Source: Oikopleura dioica (lineage: Eukaryota; Animalia; Chordata). Taken from it: a stretch of 64,000 nt of DNA. This document shows, in pieces, positions 11,465 through 23,323 of the stretch. How positions within the stretch are numbered: position 1 is the first letter of the stretch; each line of letters starts with the position of its first letter. Below the pieces are notes generated by a model that did no database searches, was not told the origin of the DNA, and worked only from the letters and a program-made list of their open reading frames with translations. The stretch lies in NCBI GenBank assembly GCA_907165135.1, contig OU015566.1:806001-870000 (forward strand), written 5' to 3'. The position numbers and the translations under genes are program-made.

Positions 11465-13502
11465 ATGACGAAAAAGAGAAAATCGTACACTCGTATAATT
11501 TGCAAAATTTGTGGCAAAGAATTAGCTAATCAATCTTCTTTGAACAGACACGAACGGGTTCATACCGGAGAAAAACCTTTCAAGGTAATTTTTTTTCCTT
11601 ATCTTTTTATTACTTTAAGGGGGAGGTCGTCAATATCGGGGTTGCTCTTGACCAAAAAAGCGGGAAAAGCTGATTGGAAAGAAAAAAATCAAAAAGATAG
11701 GGGGAAAGAAAAGGGTTGTAAAAATCGACCGGCGCAAACGAGAAAAAAAGTTGGCCAGAAAAAATCGGTCAAAAATGCCGCCAAAGTAAGGCCATTTCGC
11801 GAAAATTCACCAAAATTGGTCATTTTTTTCACAAATTTATCGATTTAACCCCCAAAAACTTATTTTTTACTAATAATTTTAGGCGCAACAGACTCGTCAG
11901 GATCTGTAGATTCCAAAAATATATAATTCATATGCGCACTTTATGTACAAGTGGGATCTTGATCACCCCTGAAAATCCATATTGACGACCCCCCCTTTAA
12001 GGACCCCCTCCCCCGTCAGCTTTTTTCGAAAAATCAAATTTCGGAATTTTAAAATTTTGACCTCGGAAATGGATTCTACGGGTAAAAAAAACAAACATTT
12101 TTTGGGGGTCTATCTCGACTCTTTCACCTCCAAAATCGCATTTGAAAATTGGACTTTTCGCCGCAAATTGACGAATTTGCCCTAATTTCGGCAAAAATAT
12201 TGATATTTCTTGGTCGAAAAATCCTCTCATTAAGTTTTAACCTGGGGACGCGTTATGAACCAAAAATATGGCGTTTTTAAAAATTTCAACTTTTCGAAAG
12301 AAAAAGCTGACGGGGGGGGGGTCCTTAACCCCTTTACGGGAGGTGTACAATTTTTGTCGATTTCGGGATATAATCGCCAGCCAAATGGAACTGGTGAATC
12401 GAAATGACCTGAAAACTCTAACGAGTATTTGCACACGCGAGCACTGCACAAGTACCGTTTTTCTCACCTAAACCCGCGCGCTCCGAGGAAAGAAAAAATG
12501 ACTGCATCTTTTGGAAGTCTCTGAGGTCTCGTTTATAGTTTATTTATCGGTTTTTAGGTATGTAGAATTCAAAAATCGTACTTTTAGAGTGATATCATGA
12601 ATATTTAACAAAAAAATGGCAGAATAAATAGATGAAAAAAACAGATTCTAGCGCTAAATCTTTCGTTTTCGAAAAATCTAAAAGTGCAGTTTAAAAGAAA
12701 ATATTCGTTTATGTATAACCTTCAATTTTCAGAAGATTATCTCAAGAGAAAGGCCAAATCGACAAAAATTGTACAGTTCCCGTAAGGGGGTTTTTTAGGC
12801 GCGCTCCCGTATAGGGGTTAATAAACCGTTTAGTGCGATCTATGCGAATACCGAAGCAGTTCATCTTGGAACCTTGCAGAACATCGAAGAAAAGGTCGTC
12901 ATCAAGAAAGAGAGCCAGAAATTCCGAAACAAGATCCTTCAAACCTTTTTTGCGAAACTTGTGGAAAACATTTTTCTACCAAATCTTCTTTGAACAGACA
13001 CGAACGGGTTCATACTGGAGAAAAACCTTTCAAGTGCGATGTCTGTGAATACCAAAGCAGTTCACCCTGGAACCTTAAAACTCATCGAAGATTTCGTCAT
13101 CGAGAAAGAGAGATTGAAATTCCTGAACCGGTTCGTTCAATTTGCAAAACTTGTGGGAAAACATTTCACAACAGCTCGAACTTACGAAGACATCAGCGCA
13201 TTCATACTGGAGAAAAGCCTTACAAGGTATTTTTCTATTGTTTTTTGAAGTTCGATTTATTTCAGTGCGAATTATGCGATTTCCAAAGCAGACATTCTTG
13301 GCACGTCAGAAAGCATCAGAAAGCTCGACACAAAAAAGCCTTAGAGGCGCTGAATCAAAAACAACTGAAACTCCGTGCGAGAAAAATAATCAATCAAGTG
13401 GTGCATTATCGAATTGACGAAGAGACTTGGGTGCCGATTTTCGACGTAGAAGATTTTGAAGACGTCGTGGAATTTGAAAAATTCATGAGTGGAGAAGTTT
13501 AA
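11465..13502 (+). CDS. C2H2 zinc-finger protein with 6 fingers, ~249 aa. Exons 11465-11584, 12834-13226, 13266-13502
   Basis: CxxC..HxxxH fingers with TGEKPF/Y linkers; in-frame GT-AG junctions. Confidence 0.9.
11619..11996. mobile_element. TTAA-flanked MITE, Kolobok-like (purine termini)
   Basis: TIR (purine)8-TCGTCAATAT; TTAA at 11615-11618 and 11997-12000. Confidence 0.75.
12001..12324. mobile_element. TTAA-flanked Kolobok-like MITE
   Basis: TIR GGACCCCC..CCCGTCAGCTTTTT; TTAA both sides; sister copy at 63010-63345. Confidence 0.85.
12329..12817. mobile_element. piggyBac-like MITE
   Basis: CCCC...GGGG ends, TIR CCCCT(T/A)TACGGGAG, TTAA at 12325-12328 and 12818-12821. Confidence 0.8.
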
Positions 13503-13612
13503 AATCATATTTTTGTCAATCTGCGACTAAAAAAATCGACTCTTTCAAAAAAAAGTTTGTCAGTGATTTGATTATTGCAAAAAAGCAGTACATGTAAAAG
13601 AAAAATAGCAGA

Positions 13613-14690
13613 TTAGCCGTAGAAGTCAGAAATGAGGCCACTTTCTTTATGAAACTCGTAGTTTTTCGTGCCGATTCCGCAGGGATTTTCAGATCCAATA
13701 GCAAGCAAATATCCAGCCATTGACAGGAAGAAGACGGCGAAGCAGATTGTTGAGACCCATTGAAGAGTTTTTTCGTAGGGAAGCTTTTCAAAGTTTTTCA
13801 GGGTTACGATTCCAATAACCAGGCCTAAATTTTCATGTTATGGTTTTTCATTCCAAAAATCAAGTCAATTTTTCACCTGAAATCGCGCCACCAAGATGAG
13901 CCGCCCAAGAGACTTGATATCCCGACGCATGGAGCTCCATGTAAACGGTGTACCCAACATCAAAAACCATAAAGATCGAAATTGGCAAAAAATGAAGCAG
14001 CTTTACGAGTAAGTCCATTACGTCCATGTTCATGATTCCATTCGCGATGAAAGAGGCCATTAGCGCGTAGCATCCGCCGGAAGCGCCGACTAGGGATTGG
14101 CAGGGGGTGACGCAGAGCGCTAGAATTCCGCCGGTGATGACGCCAGTCGTGTAGATGATGGCGATTCTGACGGGGCCGTGGATCAGCTCTAGAATCAAGC
14201 CCAGGATGAGAAGAACAACGCAGTTTCTGAAGAGAAAAATGAGGGAAAGAAACGCTTGTTTTTCCTTTTACCCAATGATGTGTTCCAGCCCCGAATGCAA
14301 AAACTGATATGTCCAGAGTCGCCAAAGCTCGGCCGAGTTGTAGATTTTTGGCTTCAGAATCAGCGGCGAATTGATCATCGCTCGATAATTGAACTGGTTT
14401 AACTCGCATCCGTTCGCGGGGCAGCGATCACCGGTAAAGTAGTAAATGTGCACCGAAATTATGATCAGCACTTAACGAAAAATTATAGCCAAAATGGACT
14501 TATCGAAATTTTCCGCCTGATTTTTGGGAGCCTGACTTACAATTGATAATTGTGAAAAAGGGAATGTAAAGATACGGGCCAAGGTAGATTCCACAGTAGC
14601 TTCGCGAACGATTTCCTTTGTGCACCAGCTGAGGAGCTGTTCTTTCTCCTTTTGGGATTCCATCGACTTCTGCACCATCTTGAACTGAAA
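13613..14690 (-). CDS. Rhomboid intramembrane serine protease (RHBDL-type); first exon(s) not resolved
   Basis: WRLWTYQFLHSGLEH, GASGG (catalytic Ser), AHLGGAISG (catalytic His); stop at 13613-13615. Confidence 0.9.
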
Positions 14691-15747
14691 AGAGACGTTT
14701 TTAAGGGGAATGTTGAAGAAAAACAAACTCAATTTAGCAATATAATTTGATTGGTAGCAACAGAAATACATTTCCCAAGGACTTCCGTTTTCAAGATTTT
14801 TTATGTATTTCCGAAAGAAATTCTAGAGATTCTTTCTTTTTGACCCGGAAATCTCGGGTTTTTGCGTGTATGTTTCCTTTTTGCACTCTTGCTGCTTATA
14901 TACCCCCGAAAATTCATGAAGCGTAAATGCAAGATTTTTATCTTTTCAGCTGAAAAAACTCATGGACGAGGCGAAAAATGGGACTTTTTGGCAACGAACG
15001 GGTAAGAGGGAAAATGTGCGAAGGGTTTCAAATTACTCTTGACGAGGTTTCTTTTCGGACACTTTTCCTTTCAAGAGCTAGCGGAAGTAAGCGAAAGAAA
15101 CTCAAAATTCTCGCTTTTTTAACAACATCACGATGAATTCCGTTGTTAAACCTGAATTGAAATCAAGGGTTTTTGCCCAAAAATGAATTTGAAACCATCA
15201 AAATCCCAAAAATATAAAAAAAAATTTTCTGAAAATTTTCATTTTACCCTTTTTCGATCCCCGTCTTTCGATCTTACCTATTCTTCCTTCCAGAAACCCG
15301 TCTTTCTCTCTTCTCAAAATGTATCTGCTTCTTGGATGACCAAATCTCAACAAATTTCTCGAAAAGCGCTCCATTCTGTTTTCCTCGCTTTCAGGAACCA
15401 GTCTCGTCATGTTTCTTCTTTTATTCTCTCAACTCCGGCGACAAAAGGAACAAAGGAAAAAAGCGCCGGATATTTTTCCCTGACAATCTTTCAAATAAGT
15501 CGTTTCCAGTACGCGTGTAAATTGATGATTGAGCTGTTTTTGAGAGAGAAGTTTTATTGAGCTGAAAAATGAATGCGCGTTTACGCATGGGTGAGCCGAA
15601 GGGCGAATCTAGTGGCTAGTGAGTCAGAACGAGTCAAGGACTTCTAGTGCCAGTGGATCGATTTTATTCGTTCTCTATTGAAATGAATCTTTTGATATTG
15701 CAAAAATCAAGTGTCAAAATAAAAATTTTATGTAAAAAAAAAATTAT

Positions 15748-16412
15748 TCAAAGTGTTTTATTGATAATTTGCAGCTCAAGATCTGGCAATTTGACGAAGA
15801 ATTCGGTAAGAGTAATCTTCCCATTCCGATCCGTATCGACTTTGTTGAAGAATCGCTTGACTTCAGAAAGCAAATCTAAAGAAGATATTAAAAGATTGAA
15901 AAATCAGTTTATTATTACCATTTTTGGTCAGTTGATGCTTAATTTTCCGCTCGAGAAGATATTGGCAGCACTCGGAAATGCTGATAAACCCGTCTGAAAA
16001 CCATGATTCTTTTTCCTTAAACCGGACGAGAAAGTTACCTCCATTTTTGTCGATTTTGTCGAACAGAGCGTAAAGATCCGCCCAAAACTTGACGAATTCA
16101 TCTTCGCTCAGCTCTCCTGGTTTTTCTTTTCCGTAGTTGAGTTTGTTCAGATACCGGGTCATGGAAGCATTGAAGTCAGAAATCGAGTCGTCGGAGTTTT
16201 TGATGAAACCTTTTTTCGCAAGGAACTTTGACATTTCGTCTTTTTTGACTTCAGAGAAATGATCGAGCTAAATTCAAATCTTTCTGAAATCGATTTCCTA
16301 CTGAAGCAAAGCCACTTTGATCAACATCCAGCTTTTTGAACGAGTTTCGCAGTTGAGGACCGTATTTGATTCTAGCCTCATTTCTGAGACGATTGCCTTC
16401 TAGAGTCGACAT
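15748..16412 (-). CDS. Four-EF-hand calcium-binding protein (~170 aa)
   Basis: Loops DVDQSGFAS, DKNGDGFISISE, DTDRNGKITLTE across 4 exons; ATG 16412, TGA 15748. Confidence 0.8.
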
Positions 16413-17569
16413 ATTCTCTTTTTGATCTTTCTTTTCTGAGTTTGATTTCAAAATGAAATATTTGCCTGCGGAAAGACTTTAACAATTGACTTTCGTGCTC
16501 ATTATAAAGCAAGATAAAACGACGAAGACAAAGGTCTCTTTGCTTAACTTTTATATTTAATTAGAAAGTAGAATCGTAGAATCTGTAAAATCCGTTCAGA
16601 TACCGATCACCGATGCCCTTTCAGTAAAATGTGTGTAAGCAGTTTCGGCAACCATTAACTTCTCTATACACGGGCGCGCGACTAAGCGCTCAAAACACGG
16701 GGTCGGGAAAACCGACCACCAAGCATTATTCAGCCCCGCGCGGCGCGCCAAATCCGGACTGTGAAAAACAGCGCCGACTATTTGGACCTCTTATTGATGT
16801 TTCCGTCGAGGTCATAAGTTCAAAATTATACTCTTAGAAAGCTTGAACACTCAGCTATTCACTCATGCTATTTTAAAGGTAAAAAATGTTCCAATTTTTC
16901 TATAATGAGCGCGAAAGACATCTGTTGTAAAGCGCCATCCCTCTTGAGAAATTTCACGAAATTTCGCAGAGTGGTTCGATTTGTTCATATGAGTGCACAT
17001 TGCAAAAATTAGGTCGAATGGATTACCACATTCGAAGTAATTGAGGTCCAAACTCGCCGTGGTCGGTTTTACCGACCACGTGTATTGAGAAGTTAAGAGC
17101 TCTTGCGCGCAAATTCTGGTAGGGAACTCATTTCTGAAGGTGGCCAACTTTCTCTACTCTCGCGCCTCCTTTGATAAAAGTCGTTTTTCTTATATACAGA
17201 ACTATTCTGCATGCAGAATTATTTCGTCGGAAAACAGCCCTTTTTCCGACGAAACTATTCTGCATTTTGCAGAACTATTCTGCATGCAGAATAGTTTCGA
17301 AGGTTTCCCATTAAGAGCGCGTTTAAGCGCGTTGTTAAAAGTAAAAAAATGCGTGAACTTTCAAAAACTATTGGGTGGATTTTGTTGCCAATTATTCCAT
17401 TTACCGATTCCGTCATAATCGTCTTCGTTCTCATAAAAAGAGCAGAATAAAGAAGAAAAGTAAATTTATCCGGAGCAGCAATGTTTCAGAGAGCATAAGC
17501 TGATTTAAAAGGATTTCGAAACAGCCAGAAAAAACTCTGCTTTAGACTAAGCAAGTTCAAACCGAGAAT

Positions 17570-20151
17570 ATGGATTCAAGTTCAATTGATAGTTCAAGTC
17601 TTTCTGAGAAAAATTTCACGGAAACGACTCAATATCCTTCTGAGCTGGAGGAAGAAAAAGTTGAGACTTGGCTGGAAAAATGTCTTCCGAAATTGAAGAG
17701 AACGACTTCTCGGACTCAAAAATGTCGACTTTTGGAATCTGTTGAGAGAGCTTATTTTGAAGATGATGACAATGCTTTTTGGTGGCAATTCGTAGAATTT
17801 AGTCACGACGATTTCAGAATTATAGATAAGGAAAGAAACGTTCTAGAAAGTATCAAGACGACCAAATTTCAAAAAATGATCCTCGAAACTGAAAAATCAC
17901 TCGTCGGCGAGAGAATCGAAAGATGGGACATCAAGGAAGAATCTGGGGGATGGAAATTGACTGATGATCTAGAAGCAAGATTGATTTCAAAAGGAGGAGA
18001 AGCACTTCTTCTCAAAGAGCATTACGATTGTTTCGAAGCTGTTGTGAGGATTCAAGTTTTTGACCCTTTTCTTTTTACAGAAAGTTTTGAAGATAAAGAC
18101 GTTTTATTTGAAATTCACGTCTCAAAAAGTATTAATTTGTTAAACTTCCGTGTTCTTATATTTTCAAAGATTTTAAGAGAGCGACTGAAGTAAAATCTTC
18201 AAACAACGATCAAATTCCGATGCATAAGAACGTTATCTCGAATTTTGTGAATATTGAAATATTTCACTCAAAGGACAAGAAAAAAGAAGATTGCTTAGGA
18301 TGGATAACAATTATGGAGAAATGCGATGCAAATTTGAGAACGTTACTGAAGGAAGAAAAGCTTGATCTTAAAGAGAGAAAGAAAATCGCCAATGAAATTT
18401 TGGATGGATTTATTTATCTGTGGCAGAAATGCGGAATCGCGCATAAAGATCGAAAGCTGGAAAACTTTGTCTTTGCTGATGGAGTCGCAAAGATAATTGA
18501 CTTTGGGCTAGTAGAGGCAAAGATTGGAAGAAATGGGTACAGAAAAATGGGATACACAAGAAGAGGGTCCAAATACAAAGATTTTAATTCTCTTGGTAAG
18601 GACTATTTCGTTATTTTTGGAAAAAAACTATTTATCTTAAATTGAAAGCTGCTGGATCACCAGGATTTACGGAACACTTTCAAATTGCAAATGGAGAAGG
18701 TTATGATGCTGATAATCATTTTTTCTTTCTATTCTGCGACTGGAAAACTGCCTGGGCCCTTTTATATCGACCAATAAATGATGATGAGACAAAAGAGATT
18801 GATCAATTAATCGAGGTATAGATATTTTGTCAAAATTATTAAATCGATCTTTGGATGAGAGGCAATTTAATGAGGCAAAACCTGTAATCTTAAAGGCTTT
18901 AAAAGCTAAGATCTTTTCATACTTGAGGAGTATTTGAATTTTAAGAACTGTGGTGCATCGGAAATGAAACACTTGGACACTCAAAGTAATGATTCTCTTC
19001 GAAATTTCTTCAACAAAGTCGAAAAACTTATCTCGATTGAAAACACCTCGTCATTTTTCTGCCTCGATGATGAAAATTTGACTGAGTCGTGCAGAATGTC
19101 AAGTTTGAGGCAAAACGCTACTAAATGCGTCCAGCAAGAAATGCAAAATTTAACTATAAATGTATTCGATCAAAAAAGCAGTCAGCTTTGTGTTCCCATT
19201 TCCGTGACGACGCTTCTTCGACACGCGATGAAGAATGACCTTCGCTACGAAGATCAGTTTAATGACTTTACTTTTGAAGCGATTCTTTCGACTTTGACAA
19301 TGATTATTTTCCCTCGAAGCATGGCTGGGCTCAATTTAAATCCGAACGAGAAAGAAAAAGAGTTTCAGAAAAATGAAGTCGAGATTCTTCTTCAACGACT
19401 TTGCCAGAACACTTATCTTATGACCTCTGGTTGGAATATTATCAGTCAAATGAGCCCAAAAGACAAAAGACCCATCAGTTCATCCTGCCATTACAATTCA
19501 GGTAAACAAATATCACAAACTTAGATATATTTGATTTTTAACCCATTGAAGTAAATCTCAACGAAAAATTCATTTTCACTCGACCATTAACTGTAACCGG
19601 CGCTTACTTATATCCTTCCGGTGAAATTCTCTTCCACCAAATGACCCTAGACAGAATTGAAAACGACGAGTACATGCTTCAGAACAACGATTTCAAGGAA
19701 CACTCTCCAGGTTAATATTTTTTTCTTCAATCTGATCAAATATTTTAAAGTTCTTCGAATTCCCCTCAAGAACCCATATTATGCCGCTTATGAGTATTTC
19801 TGTGATATCTATTTCAAAACCCAATGCAATTTATACGAAGACGATGAAATCAAGCTACAAATCGTGAATGATGAATACGGAAACATGGATGAGAATACTT
19901 GGTATCTTCTTCCTGAAGCATACACCCTCGAACTCATCCCAACTTTTCCCATTGAGGATGTTATTAAAGTCAAAAGCAATGCAAAAGATCTCGCCGATAA
20001 TTTGAAAGCGGTAAGAAATTGGATAAGAAAATATTTTCATCAAGAATCACAAACAAAGTTTCATGTACTTAGATGGGATTCGAAAATCAAGCAATTTGTG
20101 ATGCGGTCTCCTGTTGCAAGGGGGATATTGTCAACGCAGTCGACTTGCTGA
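17570..20151 (+). CDS. Protein kinase - papain-like cysteine protease fusion, multi-exon
   Basis: Kinase KGGEA, HKDRKLEN, DFG, GSPGF. Protease Q(19171)-x5-C(19189), RPLTV, H(19635)-x15-N(19683). Paralogous to the gene at 1-5527. Confidence 0.8.
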
Positions 20152-20301
20152 TGGCAGCCACGATAAATGGCGAAAATAAGAATTCGATTTTGTAAAACTT
20201 AAAAAATTCGTATCAGTTTATGCTCCTTATATGCTTGTCTCGACACCAAAAAAATCACTAATTGGAAATAACACTCAAATTTTTAATGGGCGAAAAAGTT
20301 G

Positions 20302-21257
20302 TCACTGTTCAATTTCAGAAATTAGGTTGTCAAGGCCGGTTCTCCACGAATCATCTTTTTCTTCTTCCGATTCGAACTTTTTTGATTTGGCAAAGTCAAT
20401 AAGCTTGAGCCTCAGGGTTTGAGAATCAGCAATGAAAAGTAAGCTGCAACCAATAAGCTAAAAATTCCAGTCAAAATTTTAAATTCTATATTCTTTTTCA
20501 CCTGGTGATTTTTGAGATATGAAGAATCTGTAACTGCTTGTCTCAAATTTTTGAGCTTTTCAAGAACCTCGCTTTTTTCCAGCTTGTTTCCATCGACGAA
20601 TTTTCCAAAATTTTCAAGCGCCGAATCTTTCGACATTCGCTGAAGCTCAATTTTCTCCGGTTTCTGAAAGGTTGATTCGACGTCTTTTGAAAAAGAAATT
20701 CCCTCGATTCTGAAGCCGTACATCGATGTTGTTGACAGATCATCGCGGAATTGAAGGTAGCGGGATTTTGTCACAGTGCCTGAGGAGAGCTCTTCGGGAG
20801 TGAGGGAGGTAGGGTCGAGTTTTTGCATTTTGGAAAAGAGATCTGCTCGCTCGGCGTTGTTTTTTGGATCATGGATGAAGGTCTTCTTCCCGAGCTAAAA
20901 AAATGATGACTTCATTTCAATCAGGGTCATCAAATACAGTAAAAAATTATTCTTTTGATCTACCTTAATGTCCATTACAGAAGGAGATTGGCAATCCTCC
21001 GTGAGATTTTCTAGCTCCAGATACTTCGATCCCGAAATTTCCCTTATTCCGTAAAACTCCGCTGTGTAAGGTCGAAGAGGATCATCTGACGGCAAATTTG
21101 ACAAAAACTCTGGCTCGTTTGAGTTTTCTTCGTGAAAGATCTGAATTGTCAAGAATTCGTTTCGATCAAACTTTACCTTCAAAAGATGGCCATTTTTTGC
21201 TTTCAAAATTCCTCCAGAGTGACCAGCAGCTCCGGCAAAGCTTTCAAGATCGCTCAT
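20302..21257 (-). CDS. ITPK: Inositol-trisphosphate 3-kinase family, catalytic domain only
   Basis: AGHSGG..LK, PSVMDIKLG, DP..TPEE..VTKSRYLQFRD..STTSMYGFRIEG, GCSLL, IDFA. Confidence 0.85.
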
Positions 21258-21997
21258 CCTTAATTTTTAATTGAATTTTATACCTTTTTTTTTTCTCGTT
21301 ACTTGAAAAATAATCCTCTCTTTTTCGCTTTCTTTGAGTCTACTAATGAAAAACAAGCAATAAATGGCTCGAAATTTACGAGTTCTTTTTATTAGGTCTT
21401 TTTTCTTGACTCCGAATGTCGTTAATGACCTTTCGTCGTTTTTTTCTTTAATTAATTTTTGCTGAAAATCACCTGGTTCTGATTTTTCGCTTTTTAAAAA
21501 TCGTTTCTTTCGCCCCGTCAATTTTTATTTTCCTCTTTCGATAGGTCGACGAGTCCTGTCTCATATCTTTCAGCTTTGTCTTATCAGATGCTCCTTTCAT
21601 TCTCAAGAAAAGGATGCAGAAAGAAAAGATAGAAAATTGCTTGTCTTGTGCAAAATTTGCTGTACGTACTAGATAGGGAACGTGACTGTTTGCAGAGGGA
21701 CCTCATAATATCCGTTGCCGTCACAAATGTCTAATAAAATGCCGCACTGACGTTTTATTCACTTCGGTAACTTTTCAGTCATAAAAACATGCAAAAACGC
21801 TCGATCATCAAGCGCTCCTTATTTTCGAAAAAAAAGAAACATTTTTAAGATGAAAAATACTTACGAGTTGGCTTTGATCTTCGTTTTTTTTCTCTCTTTT
21901 GACGTAAAAAAATCTCTGATTCCCAATTATCGATTAATAAAAAAATGATGCGTTGATACTCAAATCAAAAGCGAAAAAGCGGGAGAGCACGCCTGGG

Positions 21998-22908
21998 CAG
22001 GGCTCTTAATTTGAGGCAAAAATCAAAAGTCCGGTCTGTCCAGGTCCGGGCACTTGGCCGAAATTTACAAGTCTGGTCTGTCCAGGTACGAATTGGAAAA
22101 CCCGGACTTTAAGTCTGGTCTAGTCTGGGAAAAGTCCGAAAAAGTCTGGTCCGAGAAAAAAGACGAAAAATCCGGTCTGGTCTGGTCTAGTCCGAAAAAA
22201 TCCGAAAATTTTTCGTATAAAATACAACAAAAACTCGATTTTTTCTTCGAAAATTTTTCGAATTGAAAAACTTAGGTATTATTTTCGAAATAAATTCGAA
22301 TTAGAAAAATCGTAACTTACTCATCAGCAGAGTTGCAAATTTTCGATAGTTTTTTCTAAGCTGAGCTAGCTGAGCTGAGGTCGAAATTGAGCTGAGCTGA
22401 GCTGAATTTTTTCAAAAAAATTGCTGAGCTGAGAAAGCTGAATTTTATTTAGTGGTTCGATCTTGGTCAGCTCAGTAGACTGAGCTGAGCTGGCTCTTTT
22501 CGAAAAACTATTGAGCTGAGCTGAGCTGAGCCGACCCTAACCTCAAAATTGCTGAGCTAGCTCACAAAATTTGCAACTCTGCTCATCAGAAATTTAACAA
22601 CGAAGATTCAAGATTTGGTTCTAGAGAAAAATGAGTTTTTCTTAGAAAAATGAAGACTTTTCGGACTTTTTCGTACTTAACTGGTCTGAAAATAAGTCTC
22701 TAAGTAGTCTGGAAGTGGTTTAGTCTTCTCGGACTTTCTCGGACTTCTCGGACTTTTTCGGACTAAGTCCGGGGACAAAGCCAAGTCTGGTCCGGTCTAG
22801 TCCGAAAATTTTCTCAGCCAAAAATCAGAAGTCTGGTCCGTCCGGCCGGACTAGACCGGACGGACTTCGGACTAAGTCCGAGCCCGGACTAGTCCATTTA
22901 GGGCCCTG
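21998..22908. mobile_element. hAT-type MITE with CGGACT/AGTCCG repeats
   Basis: CAGGG...CCCTG ends; 8-bp TSD CGCCTGGG (21990-21997, 22909-22916). Confidence 0.85.
22328..22581. mobile_element. hAT-type MITE rich in (GAGCT)n, nested in the previous element
   Basis: TIR CAGAGTTGCAAATTT; 8-bp TSD CTCATCAG; related GAGCT-rich tract at ~46360-46610. Confidence 0.85.
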
Positions 22909-23323
22909 CGCCTGGGAAAAGGCGATGACTCATCCCTTGAATATCGACCAGGCAAAGTAATTGTTCAACTTGAACTTGGGCCTTGACTTTTTAACTTACC
23001 GATTTTTTTTTCGGCTTTTTTCGCTTTTTTTCTTTCTCTCTTTTTTTTTTCGCTGAAAGTTGAGCGCAAAAAAGTGCACTGGTCAAACACTTAAAAATTA
23101 ACGAAGATTAAGGCTCAGCGGTTAATAATAGCGGCCGTCTTGAGATCCCGCTTCAGGCGAGCTTTAGTGTCTGTCTTTTATCATGATCTTGGCAGCTTTG
23201 ACAACAACGAGGAAAGATCGTTTCAGCCGGCACAGAAAGTTGAGATTTGCAAGTTTGAATCGCAAATTCTCTAAAAATGATAGTTGTTGTTAGTAAAATT
23301 ACTCGAAAGAAAATTAGTTCAAA

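Noticed and set aside
14800-15620. Short ORFs on both strands between the rhomboid and EF-hand genes
   Set aside because: No consistent exon chain or recognisable homology could be built
16863-17147. 94-aa ORF as a transposase or recombinase fragment
   Set aside because: No DDE or tyrosine-recombinase motif identifiable
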